From contig SVPD01000002.1 of NCBI GenBank assembly GCA_015066045.1, positions 9,063 to 73,062 of the forward strand: a stretch of 64,000 nucleotides of DNA, in the 5' to 3' direction. Positions within the stretch are counted from its first letter, which is position 1, and each line of letters starts with the position of its first letter. The notes below the pieces were generated by a model. It was not told where the DNA came from. It ran no database searches and saw only the letters and a list, made by a program, of their open reading frames with translations. The DNA is from Oscillospiraceae bacterium. GTDB lineage: Bacteria; Bacillota; Clostridia; Oscillospirales; Acutalibacteraceae. The position numbers and the translations under genes were made by a program. Shown one piece after another: positions 45,901-55,164 of the stretch.

Positions 45901-46480
45901 AAGCGAACGCTACGAATTTATGTCCGCTCAGGTGGGCGATGTGGAAAAGAGCAAAAGAGAGCTTATCCGTCTTATCGGTGAGCTGACCGATAAAATGTCC
46001 ACTCAGTTCAGAGAGCAGTTTACTAAAATCAATCATAACTTCAACGAGACCTTCTGTGAGCTTTTCGGCGGCGGCAAGGCTGAGCTGATTTTAGAGGATC
46101 CCACCGATGTTCTCGAAAGCAATATTGACATAAAATTACAGCCGCCGGGTAAAAACGTAAAGCGTCTTGACTCGCTTTCGGGCGGTGAAAAGGGACTTTC
46201 CGCTATCGCACTTCTTTTTGCGATTATGAAGGTCAACCCCGCACCCTTCTGCATATTTGACGAGGTAGAGGCGGCTCTTGACGACGTAAACGTAACCAGA
46301 TACGCTCAGTATGTGAGAAGAATGACTGAAAACACCCAGTTTATTCTCATCACTCACCGCCGTGGCACTATGGAAGAGGCCGATATGCTTTACGGCATCA
46401 CTATGCAGGAGCAGGGTGTGTCGAAGCTTCTCGAGCTGAAAACGGCTGAGCTGGCTAAATCACTCGGAATTACCGAATAA
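42905..46480 (+). CDS. smc: chromosome segregation protein SMC
   Basis: GPNGSGKSN Walker A, long coiled coils, hinge, and LSGGEK...FCIFDEVEAALD. Confidence 0.97.
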   Translation: MILTSLEMQGFKSFPEKTVLTFGKGITAVVGPNGSGKSNISDAVRWVLGEQSSKSLRGSKMEDVIFDGTKIRKAHGFAQVTLRLDNKDRSIKGADTDEVAVTRRYYRSGESEYKINGVNVRLKDVHELFMDTGLGRDGYSMVSQGKIADMVSGKGKECREMFEEAAGISSYRYRRNDSLKKLGQAEENLVRLRDILTELESRIGPLKHQSEKAQKFLVLAEEKKELEIGLWLHNIDKIRDELRKQEDNITIAAGHYAQTEQELSEIELMIEKSIADTQNINIKIDEIRQGISLLEEKAANAGSEQAVLRNSIEHNNDTIERISRDRYDSESSQNQLLKEIENEEKLIQQIKNIRDEKTAELEKVNAELDRMQSEGGSLLDESNEIARTVALLTKELADCRVSVSTSLSSIGEIKARVEVIDSLISQRQEAVDNLSSEKGRSEKALSDCEKEIEELTNSVDGYTLRFKNKDAKADSLKKELDEKAFEAQRVTSKIKMLEELEKSMEGYSGAVKKVIKESEKGALRGIHGTLSQLISVKEEYAVAIETALGNAVQNIVTETENDAKAAINYLKSSNAGRATFQPVSSVKGKPLQEDGLEDCYGYIDIATKLLTYDEKYSEIISSLLGKTVIAEDLSCAVSIGKKYSHRFKIVTLDGQVVNPGGSMTGGSAIQNIGILSRSNEIEKLKEKEKTLNAAVSELQSQYDKIDSELAHITRELETEKASLAAAQEEKIRLEGQFNLICEQFYTAKSGVDELTGEKNSADERILRIQASCDEASEKVKMLTKAIEDKEAEGESLGRKRSELSEKREEITDTISKLNMDIHGADKDLTARTQALNFLKARLIDHEDRDKQLDKEIEAIKVRNAEIEKEIKALSLLAENIHLETEKAKQDIVSLQRKRSEEEERSSKLRVNERAKSAEREKISGELARLEERKETMNKDYEDTLAKLYDEYQLTKREAEAVAERPEDPKGAQKRLHEIKGSIRALGSVNVGAIEEYKEVSERYEFMSAQVGDVEKSKRELIRLIGELTDKMSTQFREQFTKINHNFNETFCELFGGGKAELILEDPTDVLESNIDIKLQPPGKNVKRLDSLSGGEKGLSAIALLFAIMKVNPAPFCIFDEVEAALDDVNVTRYAQYVRRMTENTQFILITHRRGTMEEADMLYGITMQEQGVSKLLELKTAELAKSLGITE

Positions 46481-46492
46481 GGAGGAACAGAT

Positions 46493-47419
46493 ATGGGAAT
46501 TTTTAAAAAGTTCGGCTTCGGACTTAAAAAGACCAGAGAGGGTATGACGGGCAGAATCGAGGATGTTCTCGGTGCCTATGAAGAGATTACAGACGACCTT
46601 TTTGATGACCTTGAGGAAGCACTAATTATGGGTGACGTAGGCGTTAAAACTGCCACGGATATAGTAGAGGAGCTTCGTAAGAGAGTCCATAAAAACGAGG
46701 TGCGTAACCCGAAGCACGCTAAAATGATAATCGCCGACATCGTAGCGGATATGATAGACGGCGGTGAGGATATGGGACTTATCACCATTCCCTCCGTTAT
46801 TCTGGTTATCGGCGTAAACGGTGTGGGTAAAACCACCACCATCGGTAAGCTGGCCGCTATGTATAAAAAAGAGGGTAAAAAGGTTATCCTCGGTGCGGCT
46901 GACACCTTCCGTGCCGCTGCTATCGAGCAGCTGGAGGTGTGGGCTGACAGAGCCGGAGTGGATATAGTCAAGCATAAGGAGGGAGCCGATCCCGCCGCAG
47001 TGGTTTACGACACCATCAGTGCGGGCATCTCCCGTGACTGCGACATCATCATCTGTGACACGGCGGGCAGACTTCATAACAAGAAAAACCTTATGGACGA
47101 GCTGGCTAAAATTTACCGTGTGGTAGAAAAGGAGCTTCCCTATGCCGATCGTGAAATCCTTCTCGTTTTAGACGCTACCACAGGTCAGAATGCAGTAAGT
47201 CAGGCCAAGGAGTTTATGAATGTAGCCGAGCTTACGGGTATCGCACTTACCAAGCTCGACGGTACCGCACGTGGAGGTGTGGTTCTCGCCATAAAGAATG
47301 AGCTTAAGCTTCCCGTTAAATTTATCGGTGTAGGCGAGCAGATAGACGATTTGCAGCCCTTCAATCCCAAGGTTTTCGCCAAGGCACTCTTTGAGGATAC
47401 ATCAAGCGAGGAGGAATGA
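46493..47419 (+). CDS. ftsY: signal recognition particle receptor FtsY
   Basis: GVNGVGKTTTIGKLA, DTAGRL and TKLDGTARGG motifs. Confidence 0.96.
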   Translation: MGIFKKFGFGLKKTREGMTGRIEDVLGAYEEITDDLFDDLEEALIMGDVGVKTATDIVEELRKRVHKNEVRNPKHAKMIIADIVADMIDGGEDMGLITIPSVILVIGVNGVGKTTTIGKLAAMYKKEGKKVILGAADTFRAAAIEQLEVWADRAGVDIVKHKEGADPAAVVYDTISAGISRDCDIIICDTAGRLHNKKNLMDELAKIYRVVEKELPYADREILLVLDATTGQNAVSQAKEFMNVAELTGIALTKLDGTARGGVVLAIKNELKLPVKFIGVGEQIDDLQPFNPKVFAKALFEDTSSEEE

Positions 47420-48000
47420 GAATGAAAATTCTTATAGCCACCCATAATAAGCATAAGCTTACCGAAATGGCACGTATTCTCTCACCTATGGGTTATGAGG
47501 TAGTCACAGACACGGATATAGGCATCGAGCTTACGGATGTGGAGGAAACAGGCACTACCTTTATGGAAAATGCCCGTATAAAATCTGAAAGCGGATGTAA
47601 GGAAAGCGGCCTTATCTGTATCGCAGACGACAGCGGTCTGTGCGTGGATGCTCTGGACGGTGAGCCGGGAGTTTACTCGGCACGCTATAGCGGCGTACAC
47701 GGCGACGACGAGGGTAACATCGTAAAGCTTTTAGAAAATCTGGACGGTGTGCCCGATGAAAAGAGAACGGCATATTTCGCCTGCGCCATCTGTGTGAGCT
47801 TTCCCGACGGTAAGGAAATCACCGCCGAGGGTAAATGCCACGGCAAAATCGGCTATGTAAAAAGGGGCGAAAACGGCTTCGGCTATGATCCCGTCTTTAT
47901 GGTAGGGGATAAGAGTCTGGCTGAAATGACCGCCGAGGAAAAGGATGCCATAAGCCACAGAGGTAATGCACTTAAGGTGCTTGAGGAAAAATTAAGATAA
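47416..48000 (+). CDS. rdgB: XTP/dITP diphosphatase (RdgB/HAM1 family)
   Basis: ATHNKHK, EETGTTF and FGYDPVF motifs. Confidence 0.92.
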   Translation: MRMKILIATHNKHKLTEMARILSPMGYEVVTDTDIGIELTDVEETGTTFMENARIKSESGCKESGLICIADDSGLCVDALDGEPGVYSARYSGVHGDDEGNIVKLLENLDGVPDEKRTAYFACAICVSFPDGKEITAEGKCHGKIGYVKRGENGFGYDPVFMVGDKSLAEMTAEEKDAISHRGNALKVLEEKLR

Positions 48001-48029
48001 TTTGACAGATATATTAAGGAGCAGACCAA

Positions 48030-48425
48030 ATGACAGGTAAAGAAAGAGCAGCATTCAGAGCGCAGGCAAACCATCTCGAGCCTCTTTTTCAGGTAGGCAA
48101 GGGCGGAATGTCAGATGCTCTCATAAAGCAGACAGACGATGCCCTGAGAGCCAGAGAGCTTATCAAGGTAAAGGTTCTTCTGGAATCCTCACCCATCACG
48201 CCCAGACAGACTGCAGACGAGCTTGCCGCTGCCACGGGTGCAGAGGTAATTCAGGTTATCGGCGGCGTAATAGTTCTGTGGAGAGAAAGCCCCGAGCTTA
48301 AGGAAAAGGCTCTTAAAAAAGAGCAGAATAAAAAGAAGGCAGCCAAGCTTCAGAGAGAAAAACAGCTTGCCTTAAAAAAAGAAAAGAATAAGAAAATCGC
48401 ATTCAAAGGCGCAAAGAAAGGCTGA
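48030..48425 (+). CDS. yhbY: ribosome assembly RNA-binding protein YhbY (CRM domain) with a Lys-rich tail
   Basis: LRAQANHLEPLFQVGKGG-like motif, followed by nadD and rsfS as in the yqeI-L cluster. Confidence 0.85.
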   Translation: MTGKERAAFRAQANHLEPLFQVGKGGMSDALIKQTDDALRARELIKVKVLLESSPITPRQTADELAAATGAEVIQVIGGVIVLWRESPELKEKALKKEQNKKKAAKLQREKQLALKKEKNKKIAFKGAKKG

Positions 48426-48431
48426 TAAATA

Positions 48432-49616
48432 ATGCGTATCGGTATTTTCGGAGGTACCTTTAACCCGCCGCATAACGGTCATAAAAAATTAGCTCTTGAA
48501 ATAAAAAATAAGGCTGAGCTGGACAGAATTATCGTTATGCCTACCTTTACTCCTCCCCATAAAGAGGGTAAGGAGCTGGCAGGCGGAGAGCACAGAATAA
48601 GAATGTGTGAAATGATGTTCACCGAGGATTTTTTCAGCATCAGCGACAGGGAAATCAGACGTCAGGGCAAAAGCTATACCTATGACACATTGGTTGAGCT
48701 TAAGAAGGAATATCCCGATGATGAGCTTTTTCTGATTATCGGCTCAGATATGCTTCTCAGCTTTCACACCTGGTTTCGCTATGCCGACATACTTTCCATG
48801 GCCACTCTCTGTGTGGCAACGAGAGAGGACAGGGTGGATTATAAGCAGCTGCTTGACTATTCGGAAAATGTGCTCGGACTCGGAGAAAATGAGATAATCA
48901 TAGCTGATACCGAGCCTTATGAGTGCAGCTCCACAGATGTGAGAAGGCAGCTTTCATCCGGTAATGACGCCTCATTTATGACGGGAAGAGAAATATATGA
49001 CTATGTCAGATTAAAGCTTCTCTACGAAAGCCCTTTTTCTGAGCAGAAGAAGCTTCTGAGAGAGAAGCTCGACGATTACCGTTTTCTTCATTCGCTTAAT
49101 GTGGCCGAAAGTGCAGCCTCTCTTGCCCGCATTTACGGTGCAGACGAGAAAAAAGCATATTTTGCGGGACTTCTTCACGACATAATGAAAAATGAAAATG
49201 ATGAAGAAATGTTGAAATGCATCGAAAAAGGTGGTATAATATTAAGCCGTACCGAAAAGTATAACCCAAAGCTTTGGCACGCCATAGCGGGTGAGTGCTA
49301 TCTGAGAACTGAGCTCGGCATCATCGATGAGGAGATTCTCTCTGCGGTCCGCTATCATACCACAGGAAAAACGGGGATGAGCCTCTTTGACAAGATTATC
49401 TATGTGGCTGATTACGTTTCTGCCGAAAGAGCCTATCCCGATGTGGATGTTATGAGGCGGCTGTCATTTGAGAAAGGTCTTGACGAGGCTTGTCTTTACT
49501 CACTGCAGTACACACTGAAAGCTCTTTCCGAAAGGGAAGGGATAATACACGAGGACAGTCTTGATTTTTATAACGAACTTATAATAAATAAAGGAGAAAG
49601 CTATGACAGAACTTGA
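48432..49616 (+). CDS. nadD: fused nicotinate-nucleotide adenylyltransferase NadD and HD-domain YqeK phosphohydrolase
   Basis: N-terminal GIFGGTFNPPHNGH. C-terminal half has HSLNVAE...GLLHDIMK (HD motif), typical of YqeK. Confidence 0.88.
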   Translation: MRIGIFGGTFNPPHNGHKKLALEIKNKAELDRIIVMPTFTPPHKEGKELAGGEHRIRMCEMMFTEDFFSISDREIRRQGKSYTYDTLVELKKEYPDDELFLIIGSDMLLSFHTWFRYADILSMATLCVATREDRVDYKQLLDYSENVLGLGENEIIIADTEPYECSSTDVRRQLSSGNDASFMTGREIYDYVRLKLLYESPFSEQKKLLREKLDDYRFLHSLNVAESAASLARIYGADEKKAYFAGLLHDIMKNENDEEMLKCIEKGGIILSRTEKYNPKLWHAIAGECYLRTELGIIDEEILSAVRYHTTGKTGMSLFDKIIYVADYVSAERAYPDVDVMRRLSFEKGLDEACLYSLQYTLKALSEREGIIHEDSLDFYNELIINKGESYDRT

Positions 49617-49959
49617 ACTTTCCAAAGAAATAGTTAAGGTGCTCGATAAGAAAAAGGCCATCGATATCAAGGTTATTGAAATAACCGAGCATTCCATCGT
49701 TGCCGATTATTTCGTAATCGCCTCGGGTACCTCCAATACACACGTCAAGGCTCTGGCAGATGAGGTAGAGTATGAGCTCACTCAGCTGGGTGTGGAGCCG
49801 CACCACATCGAGGGAAGAGCCACAGGCTGGATTTTACTCGATTACACGGGTGTTCTGGTGCATATTTTCACCGGTGAAAGCCGTGATTACTATAACCTTG
49901 AACGCTTATGGCAGGATGCCAAAACAGTCGATATTTCCGATATCATTACGGAAGACTGA
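49603..49959 (+). CDS. rsfS: ribosome silencing factor RsfS
   Basis: DIKVIEITEHSIVADYFVIASGTSNTHVKALADEV. Confidence 0.93.
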   Translation: MTELELSKEIVKVLDKKKAIDIKVIEITEHSIVADYFVIASGTSNTHVKALADEVEYELTQLGVEPHHIEGRATGWILLDYTGVLVHIFTGESRDYYNLERLWQDAKTVDISDIITED

Positions 49960-49998
49960 TTTTTTTAAACAGTAAATTAATTAAACGGAGTGATAAAT

Positions 49999-52404
49999 TT
50001 GAATTACGATTTCAGAAATGCCGAATTAAAATGGCAGAAGAAATGGGAAGACTCAGGAGTTTTCGAAGCACAGGATAATTCCGATAAAAAGAAGTTCTAT
50101 GCTCTCGTTGAGTTCCCTTATCCCAGCGGTGCAGGTATGCACGTAGGTCACATCAAGGCTTATTCAGGCCTCGAGGTAATTTCCAGAAAGCGCAGAATGG
50201 AAGGCTATAATGTGCTTTTCCCCATCGGCTTTGACGCCTACGGTCTTCCTACGGAAAACTACGCTATCAAAACAGGCATCCATCCCCGTCAGGTTACTGA
50301 CACAAACATCGCTAAGTTTACCGCCCAGCTTAAAAGAGTAGGCTTCTCCTTCGACTGGAACAGAGTAGTCGATACCACAGAGGAGGGCTACTATAAATGG
50401 ACACAGTGGATTTTCCTTAAGATGTTCGAAAACGGTCTTGCCTTCAGAGACAAAACCCTCGTTAACTACTGCCCCTCCTGTAAGGTTGTTCTTTCAAATG
50501 AGGACTCTCAGGGCGGCAAGTGCGACATCTGTCACAGTGACATCGTGCAGAAGTCAAAGGATGTATGGTATCTCCGCATAACCGAGTATGCCGATAAGCT
50601 TCTCGACGGTCTTAAGGAAGTGGACTATCTTCCCAATGTAAAGCTTCAGCAGGAAAACTGGATAGGTAAATCCACAGGTGCATTCGTTAATTTCACAGTT
50701 AAGGATACAGAGGAAACTCTGCGTATTTACACCACCCGTCCCGACACTCTTTTCGGTGTAACCTTTATGGTTATGGCGCCCGAGCATCCTATGCTTGATA
50801 AGTATAAGGATATGATTAAAAACTTCGGTGATGTAGAAAATTACAGAACCGAGTGTGCTAAAAAGACTGAATTCGAAAGAACTCAGCTCGTTAAGGACAA
50901 GACAGGTGTAAAGCTCGACGGCTTTGTAGCCATCAATCCCGTTAACGGCAAGGAAATCCCCATCTTTATTTCCGACTATGTTATGATGGGATACGGTACA
51001 GGAGCCATTATGGCTGTTCCTGCCCATGACCAGAGAGACTATGACTTCGCCAAAAAGTTCGGCGTGGATATCATCGAGGTTATCAAGGGCGGAGATATGG
51101 AGGTCGAAGCTTATACCGGTGACGGCGAAATGGTTAACTCTGATTATCTTAACGGCTACAAGGACAAAAAATCCTCTATCGCACGTGTACTCGAAGAGCT
51201 CGAAAAGAAGGGTATAGGCGAAAGAGGCGTTCAGTATAAGATGAAGGACTGGGCATTTAACCGTCAGCGTTACTGGGGCGAGCCTATTCCCATCGTACAC
51301 TGCGAAAAGTGCGGTATGGTTGCCGTTCCTTATTCCGAGCTTCCTCTCAGACTTCCCAAGGTTGAGAACTTTGAGCCCGGTCAGGACGGTGAAAGTCCTT
51401 TGGCTAAAATCGATTCCTTCGTAAACTGCACCTGTCCCAAATGCGGCGGTGCTGCCAGAAGAGAAACAGACACTATGCCTCAGTGGGCAGGCTCCTCATG
51501 GTATTTCCTGCGCTATATCGATCCTCATAACGATAATGAGCTGGCAAATATGGATAAGCTTAAGTATTGGATGCCCGTAGACTGGTATAACGGCGGTATG
51601 GAGCACGTTACCCGTCACCTTATCTATTCACGCTTCTGGCATAAGTTCCTTTATGACATCGGTGCAGTACCCTGCGCTGAGCCCTATGCCAAAAGAACTG
51701 CTCAGGGCCTTATTCTCGGTCCCGACGGTGTAAAGATGAGTAAATCCAGAGGTAATGTTATCGATCCCAATGAGGTGGTAGATGTTTACGGTGCCGACGT
51801 GTTGCGTACATACGTGCTCTTTATGGGTGACTATGAGCAGGCAGCTCCCTGGTCAGAAAGCTCCGTGAAGGGCTGCAAGCGCTTCGTAGACCGTATATGG
51901 AATCTTCAGGAAATTCTCACAGAGGGTGACGAATACACCGCTGAGCTTTCCTCCTCCTTCCACAAAACCGTCAAAAAGGTCAGCGAGGATATCGAGGCAC
52001 TCAAATATAACACTGCTATCGCTGCTCTTATGACACTTCTTAACGGTATCTATAATAAGGGCTCAATCAATAAGGCAGAGCTTAAAACACTTCTTCTTCT
52101 CGTTAATCCCTTCGCTCCTCACGTTACGGAAGAGCTTAACTCTATCGTTTTCGGCGACAGTATGCTCGCTGAAACTCAGTGGCCCTCCTACGACGAAGCC
52201 AAATGTGTAGACGATGAAATCGAAATCGTGGTACAGATTAACGGTAAGGTCAAGGTAAAAATCAATGTGGCTGCCGACATCGAGGCTGCAGATGCTATCG
52301 CTATGGCTAAGGCCGACGAAAAGATAGCTTCCGAAATCGCAGGCAAGACAGTCGTTAAGGAGCTTTATGTAAAGGGAAGACTCGTAAACATCGTAGTAAG
52401 ATAA
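49999..52404 (+). CDS. leuS: leucine--tRNA ligase
   Basis: PYPSGAGMHVGH (HIGH) and KMSKS motifs. TTG start lies 8 nt after GGAG; the track GTG at 49990 overlaps the SD. Confidence 0.96.
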   Translation: MNYDFRNAELKWQKKWEDSGVFEAQDNSDKKKFYALVEFPYPSGAGMHVGHIKAYSGLEVISRKRRMEGYNVLFPIGFDAYGLPTENYAIKTGIHPRQVTDTNIAKFTAQLKRVGFSFDWNRVVDTTEEGYYKWTQWIFLKMFENGLAFRDKTLVNYCPSCKVVLSNEDSQGGKCDICHSDIVQKSKDVWYLRITEYADKLLDGLKEVDYLPNVKLQQENWIGKSTGAFVNFTVKDTEETLRIYTTRPDTLFGVTFMVMAPEHPMLDKYKDMIKNFGDVENYRTECAKKTEFERTQLVKDKTGVKLDGFVAINPVNGKEIPIFISDYVMMGYGTGAIMAVPAHDQRDYDFAKKFGVDIIEVIKGGDMEVEAYTGDGEMVNSDYLNGYKDKKSSIARVLEELEKKGIGERGVQYKMKDWAFNRQRYWGEPIPIVHCEKCGMVAVPYSELPLRLPKVENFEPGQDGESPLAKIDSFVNCTCPKCGGAARRETDTMPQWAGSSWYFLRYIDPHNDNELANMDKLKYWMPVDWYNGGMEHVTRHLIYSRFWHKFLYDIGAVPCAEPYAKRTAQGLILGPDGVKMSKSRGNVIDPNEVVDVYGADVLRTYVLFMGDYEQAAPWSESSVKGCKRFVDRIWNLQEILTEGDEYTAELSSSFHKTVKKVSEDIEALKYNTAIAALMTLLNGIYNKGSINKAELKTLLLLVNPFAPHVTEELNSIVFGDSMLAETQWPSYDEAKCVDDEIEIVVQINGKVKVKINVAADIEAADAIAMAKADEKIASEIAGKTVVKELYVKGRLVNIVVR

Positions 52405-52487
52405 GCACTTGGGCGGCACTTCGGGTGATTTTTTCGAAAAAACATAAAAAACACCCAAAATATCTTATTATTGTTTGAAAATTTCTC

Positions 52488-52516
52488 TTGACAACAGTAA
52501 ATCTATAATGTATAAT
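52488..52516 (+). promoter_or_regulatory. sigma-A-like promoter of rpsU
   Basis: TTGACA, 17-nt spacer, TATAAT. Confidence 0.6.
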
Positions 52517-52575
52517 ATTTTTCGTATCCTTAACGGAAATATACCCCTGCTAACAGGTAAGGGAGGGAAATATAA

Positions 52576-52752
52576 ATGAGTCAGGTAAAAGTTAAAGAGA
52601 ACGAGTCACTCGACAGCGCTCTCAGACGTTTTAAGAGACAGACTTCACGTGATGGTATCATTCAGGAAGTTCGTAAAAGAGAACACTATGAAAAGCCTTC
52701 AGTAGCAAGAAAAAAGAAGTCTGAAGCTGCTCGTAAGCGTAAATTTAAGTAA
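52576..52752 (+). CDS. rpsU: 30S ribosomal protein S21
   Basis: My own translation: [58 protein letters not shown] (58 aa). GGGAGGG RBS. Absent from the ORF track, apparently because it is shorter than 60 aa. Confidence 0.93.
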   Translation: MSQVKVKENESLDSALRRFKRQTSRDGIIQEVRKREHYEKPSVARKKKSEAARKRKFK

Positions 52753-52761
52753 TTGAATCGC

Positions 52762-52802
52762 AAAAATCACCCGAGGGCTTAATACCTTTGGGTGATTTTT
52801 TT
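52762..52802 (+). terminator. rho-independent terminator of rpsU
   Basis: AAAAATCACCCGAGGG / CCTTTGGGTGATTTTT stem plus a T-run. Confidence 0.75.
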
Positions 52803-52830
52803 AGTATTTATTAAAGGCTTGGTGAAATTT

Positions 52831-53895
52831 ATGATTAACAAACTTAAAGCATATCTTAAGGAAAAGGGCAGTGCCGCACTTATTATGAGTGAGGAAAACA
52901 TCTGCTATTTCACTTCCTTTCATTCCTCAAACGGATACCTGCTGGTAACGGGAGATAAGGCCTTCTTTCTGACCGATTCACGTTATATCGAGGCTGCACA
53001 GAATAAAATTACTACCTGTGACGAAATACTGCAGCTTAAGTCTATGGAGGCAGACCTTATGCCTCTCATAGAGAGTCTCGGCGTCAGTGTCCTCGAGCTC
53101 GAAAGCGAAAGAATAACCGTTTCGAGATATCATAAAATCAGAGAGCTCGTGCCTTCTGCTTCTGTAGTCTGCGACGGTGCGCTGGACAGTGCTATCGATG
53201 AAATCAGAATAAAAAAGAACGAAGCAGAGGTAGCTAAAATAGTAAAAGCCCAGCGTATCGCCGAAAGAGCCTTTGACTATATTTTAACATTTATTTCCAC
53301 TGAAAAAACAGAAAAGGAAATCGCTCTCGAGCTGGAATATTTTATGATGAAAAACGGTGCCGACGGACTTTCCTTCGAAACCATCTGTGTCAGCGGTAAA
53401 AACAGCTCACTTCCTCACGGAGTTCCCACGGATAAGAAAATCGAAAAAGGGGACTTTATTACTATGGACTACGGTGCCACGACCGAGTTTTACCATTCTG
53501 ATATGACCAGAACCGTAGCAGTAGGGGAGGTTTCCTCTAAGCAGGCTGGGATTTATGAGACAGTTCTCAGAGCGCAGAAGGCAGGTCTTGAAGCCGTTAA
53601 ATGCGGTGTTAACTGCAGCGATGTGGATGCCGTTTCACGAAAAATCATAGCCGATGCAGGCTACGCAGATTATTTCGGTCACGGTCTCGGTCACGGTGTA
53701 GGCGTGGAAATACACGAGCTGCCTACACTTAATCCCACGAGCAAAGCAGTTCTTGAGGCAGGTCACATCGTAACCGTGGAGCCGGGCATATATATTCCCG
53801 GTGAGTTCGGTGTAAGAATAGAGGATATGGCTCTCGTAACTGCTGACGGTTGTGAAAATCTTACCGTATGCGAAAAGAAGCTTATAGTTTTATAA
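52831..53895 (+). CDS. Xaa-Pro aminopeptidase/dipeptidase (M24 family)
   Basis: Creatinase-like N-domain with HGLGHGVGVEIHE and VEPGIY motifs. Start at the ATG at 52831; the track start lies inside the terminator. Confidence 0.88.
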   Translation: MINKLKAYLKEKGSAALIMSEENICYFTSFHSSNGYLLVTGDKAFFLTDSRYIEAAQNKITTCDEILQLKSMEADLMPLIESLGVSVLELESERITVSRYHKIRELVPSASVVCDGALDSAIDEIRIKKNEAEVAKIVKAQRIAERAFDYILTFISTEKTEKEIALELEYFMMKNGADGLSFETICVSGKNSSLPHGVPTDKKIEKGDFITMDYGATTEFYHSDMTRTVAVGEVSSKQAGIYETVLRAQKAGLEAVKCGVNCSDVDAVSRKIIADAGYADYFGHGLGHGVGVEIHELPTLNPTSKAVLEAGHIVTVEPGIYIPGEFGVRIEDMALVTADGCENLTVCEKKLIVL

Positions 53896-53916
53896 TCGGT
53901 ATAAGGTGGTATATTA

Positions 53917-55164
53917 ATGCCAATGTATGAAAACAGGACTGAACAGGAAAAGGCCCTTTTAGTCAGTGTGGATACAGGTGAATTTGATGCAGAGGCCTCT
54001 ATCGACGAGCTTGAGGAGCTGGCCTGCACTGCGGGAGCAGAGGTAGTCGGTAAGGTTATTCAAAAAAAAGAAGCCCCTGAAAAGGCTACCTTTGTAGGTG
54101 TAGGCAAGCTGACTGAGATTATCGCTTTCTGCCGCACCAATGAGGTGGACATTCTCATTTTTGACAGTGAGCTTTCACCCTCTCAGCAGAGAAATCTCGA
54201 AAAGCTTACCTCTGTACGTGTTATCGACCGCACTATGCTTATTCTGGATATTTTCGCCATGCGTGCGAGAACCAGTGAGGGTAAGCTTCAGGTCGAGCTG
54301 GCTCAGCTTAAATATCAGCTTCCGAGGCTTGCCGGTCAGGGTACTGCACTTTCCCGACTGGGTGGCGGTATCGGTACCAGAGGCCCCGGTGAAACCAAGC
54401 TCGAAAGCGATAAAAGACACATCAGACGAAGGATACAGAAATTACAGGAAGAGCTGGTGCAGCTCGAAAAGCGTCGCAATCAGATGCGCAAAAGGAGAGA
54501 AAAGGACGGAGTGCAGACTGTGGCTATCGTCGGCTACACCAATGCAGGTAAATCCACTCTTATGAACGCTCTCACGGATGCGGGTGTTCTGGCTGAAAAT
54601 AAGCTTTTCGCCACATTGGATCCCACCTCACGTGGGCTTACTCTCCCCGACGGCAGACAGGTGATGCTCGTCGATACCGTAGGCCTTATCCGCCGTCTGC
54701 CACATAAACTGGTGGAGGCATTCAAATCCACTCTCGAAGAGGCTGCGCAGGCCACCGTTATTCTTAATGTCTGCGATGCATCCGACGAGCACAGTGCAGA
54801 GCATCTGGAGGTAACCAAAAATCTTTTAGAGGAGCTCGGATGCTCGGGTAAGCCCGTTATTTCGGTAATGAATAAATGCGATCTTGTGGGCGATATCTAT
54901 TCTATGCCTACCTTCGGTAAAACTGTTATGATTTCCGCCTTAGAGGGCAAGGGCTTCGATGAGCTTCTTAACGCTATTCTCAGAGAGCTTCCTCCCACGA
55001 GAAGAAAAGCTGAATTTCTGCTTCCCTTTTCTGCGGGAGCCGTTGCTGCCAGGATCAGAAAAGAGGGCGTGGTGGAGTTTGAGGAATACCGTGAAGACGG
55101 CCTTTATATGAAAGCCACCGTGGAAATCAGTCTTATAAATGAAATCAAGGATTATCTGATGTAG
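53917..55164 (+). CDS. hflX: GTPase HflX
   Basis: GGGIGTRGPGETKLE and GYTNAGKSTL motifs. Confidence 0.95.
   Translation: MPMYENRTEQEKALLVSVDTGEFDAEASIDELEELACTAGAEVVGKVIQKKEAPEKATFVGVGKLTEIIAFCRTNEVDILIFDSELSPSQQRNLEKLTSVRVIDRTMLILDIFAMRARTSEGKLQVELAQLKYQLPRLAGQGTALSRLGGGIGTRGPGETKLESDKRHIRRRIQKLQEELVQLEKRRNQMRKRREKDGVQTVAIVGYTNAGKSTLMNALTDAGVLAENKLFATLDPTSRGLTLPDGRQVMLVDTVGLIRRLPHKLVEAFKSTLEEAAQATVILNVCDASDEHSAEHLEVTKNLLEELGCSGKPVISVMNKCDLVGDIYSMPTFGKTVMISALEGKGFDELLNAILRELPPTRRKAEFLLPFSAGAVAARIRKEGVVEFEEYREDGLYMKATVEISLINEIKDYLM

Noticed and set aside
50554-51300. 248-aa minus-strand ORF
   Set aside because: Antisense to leuS. Shadow ORF.
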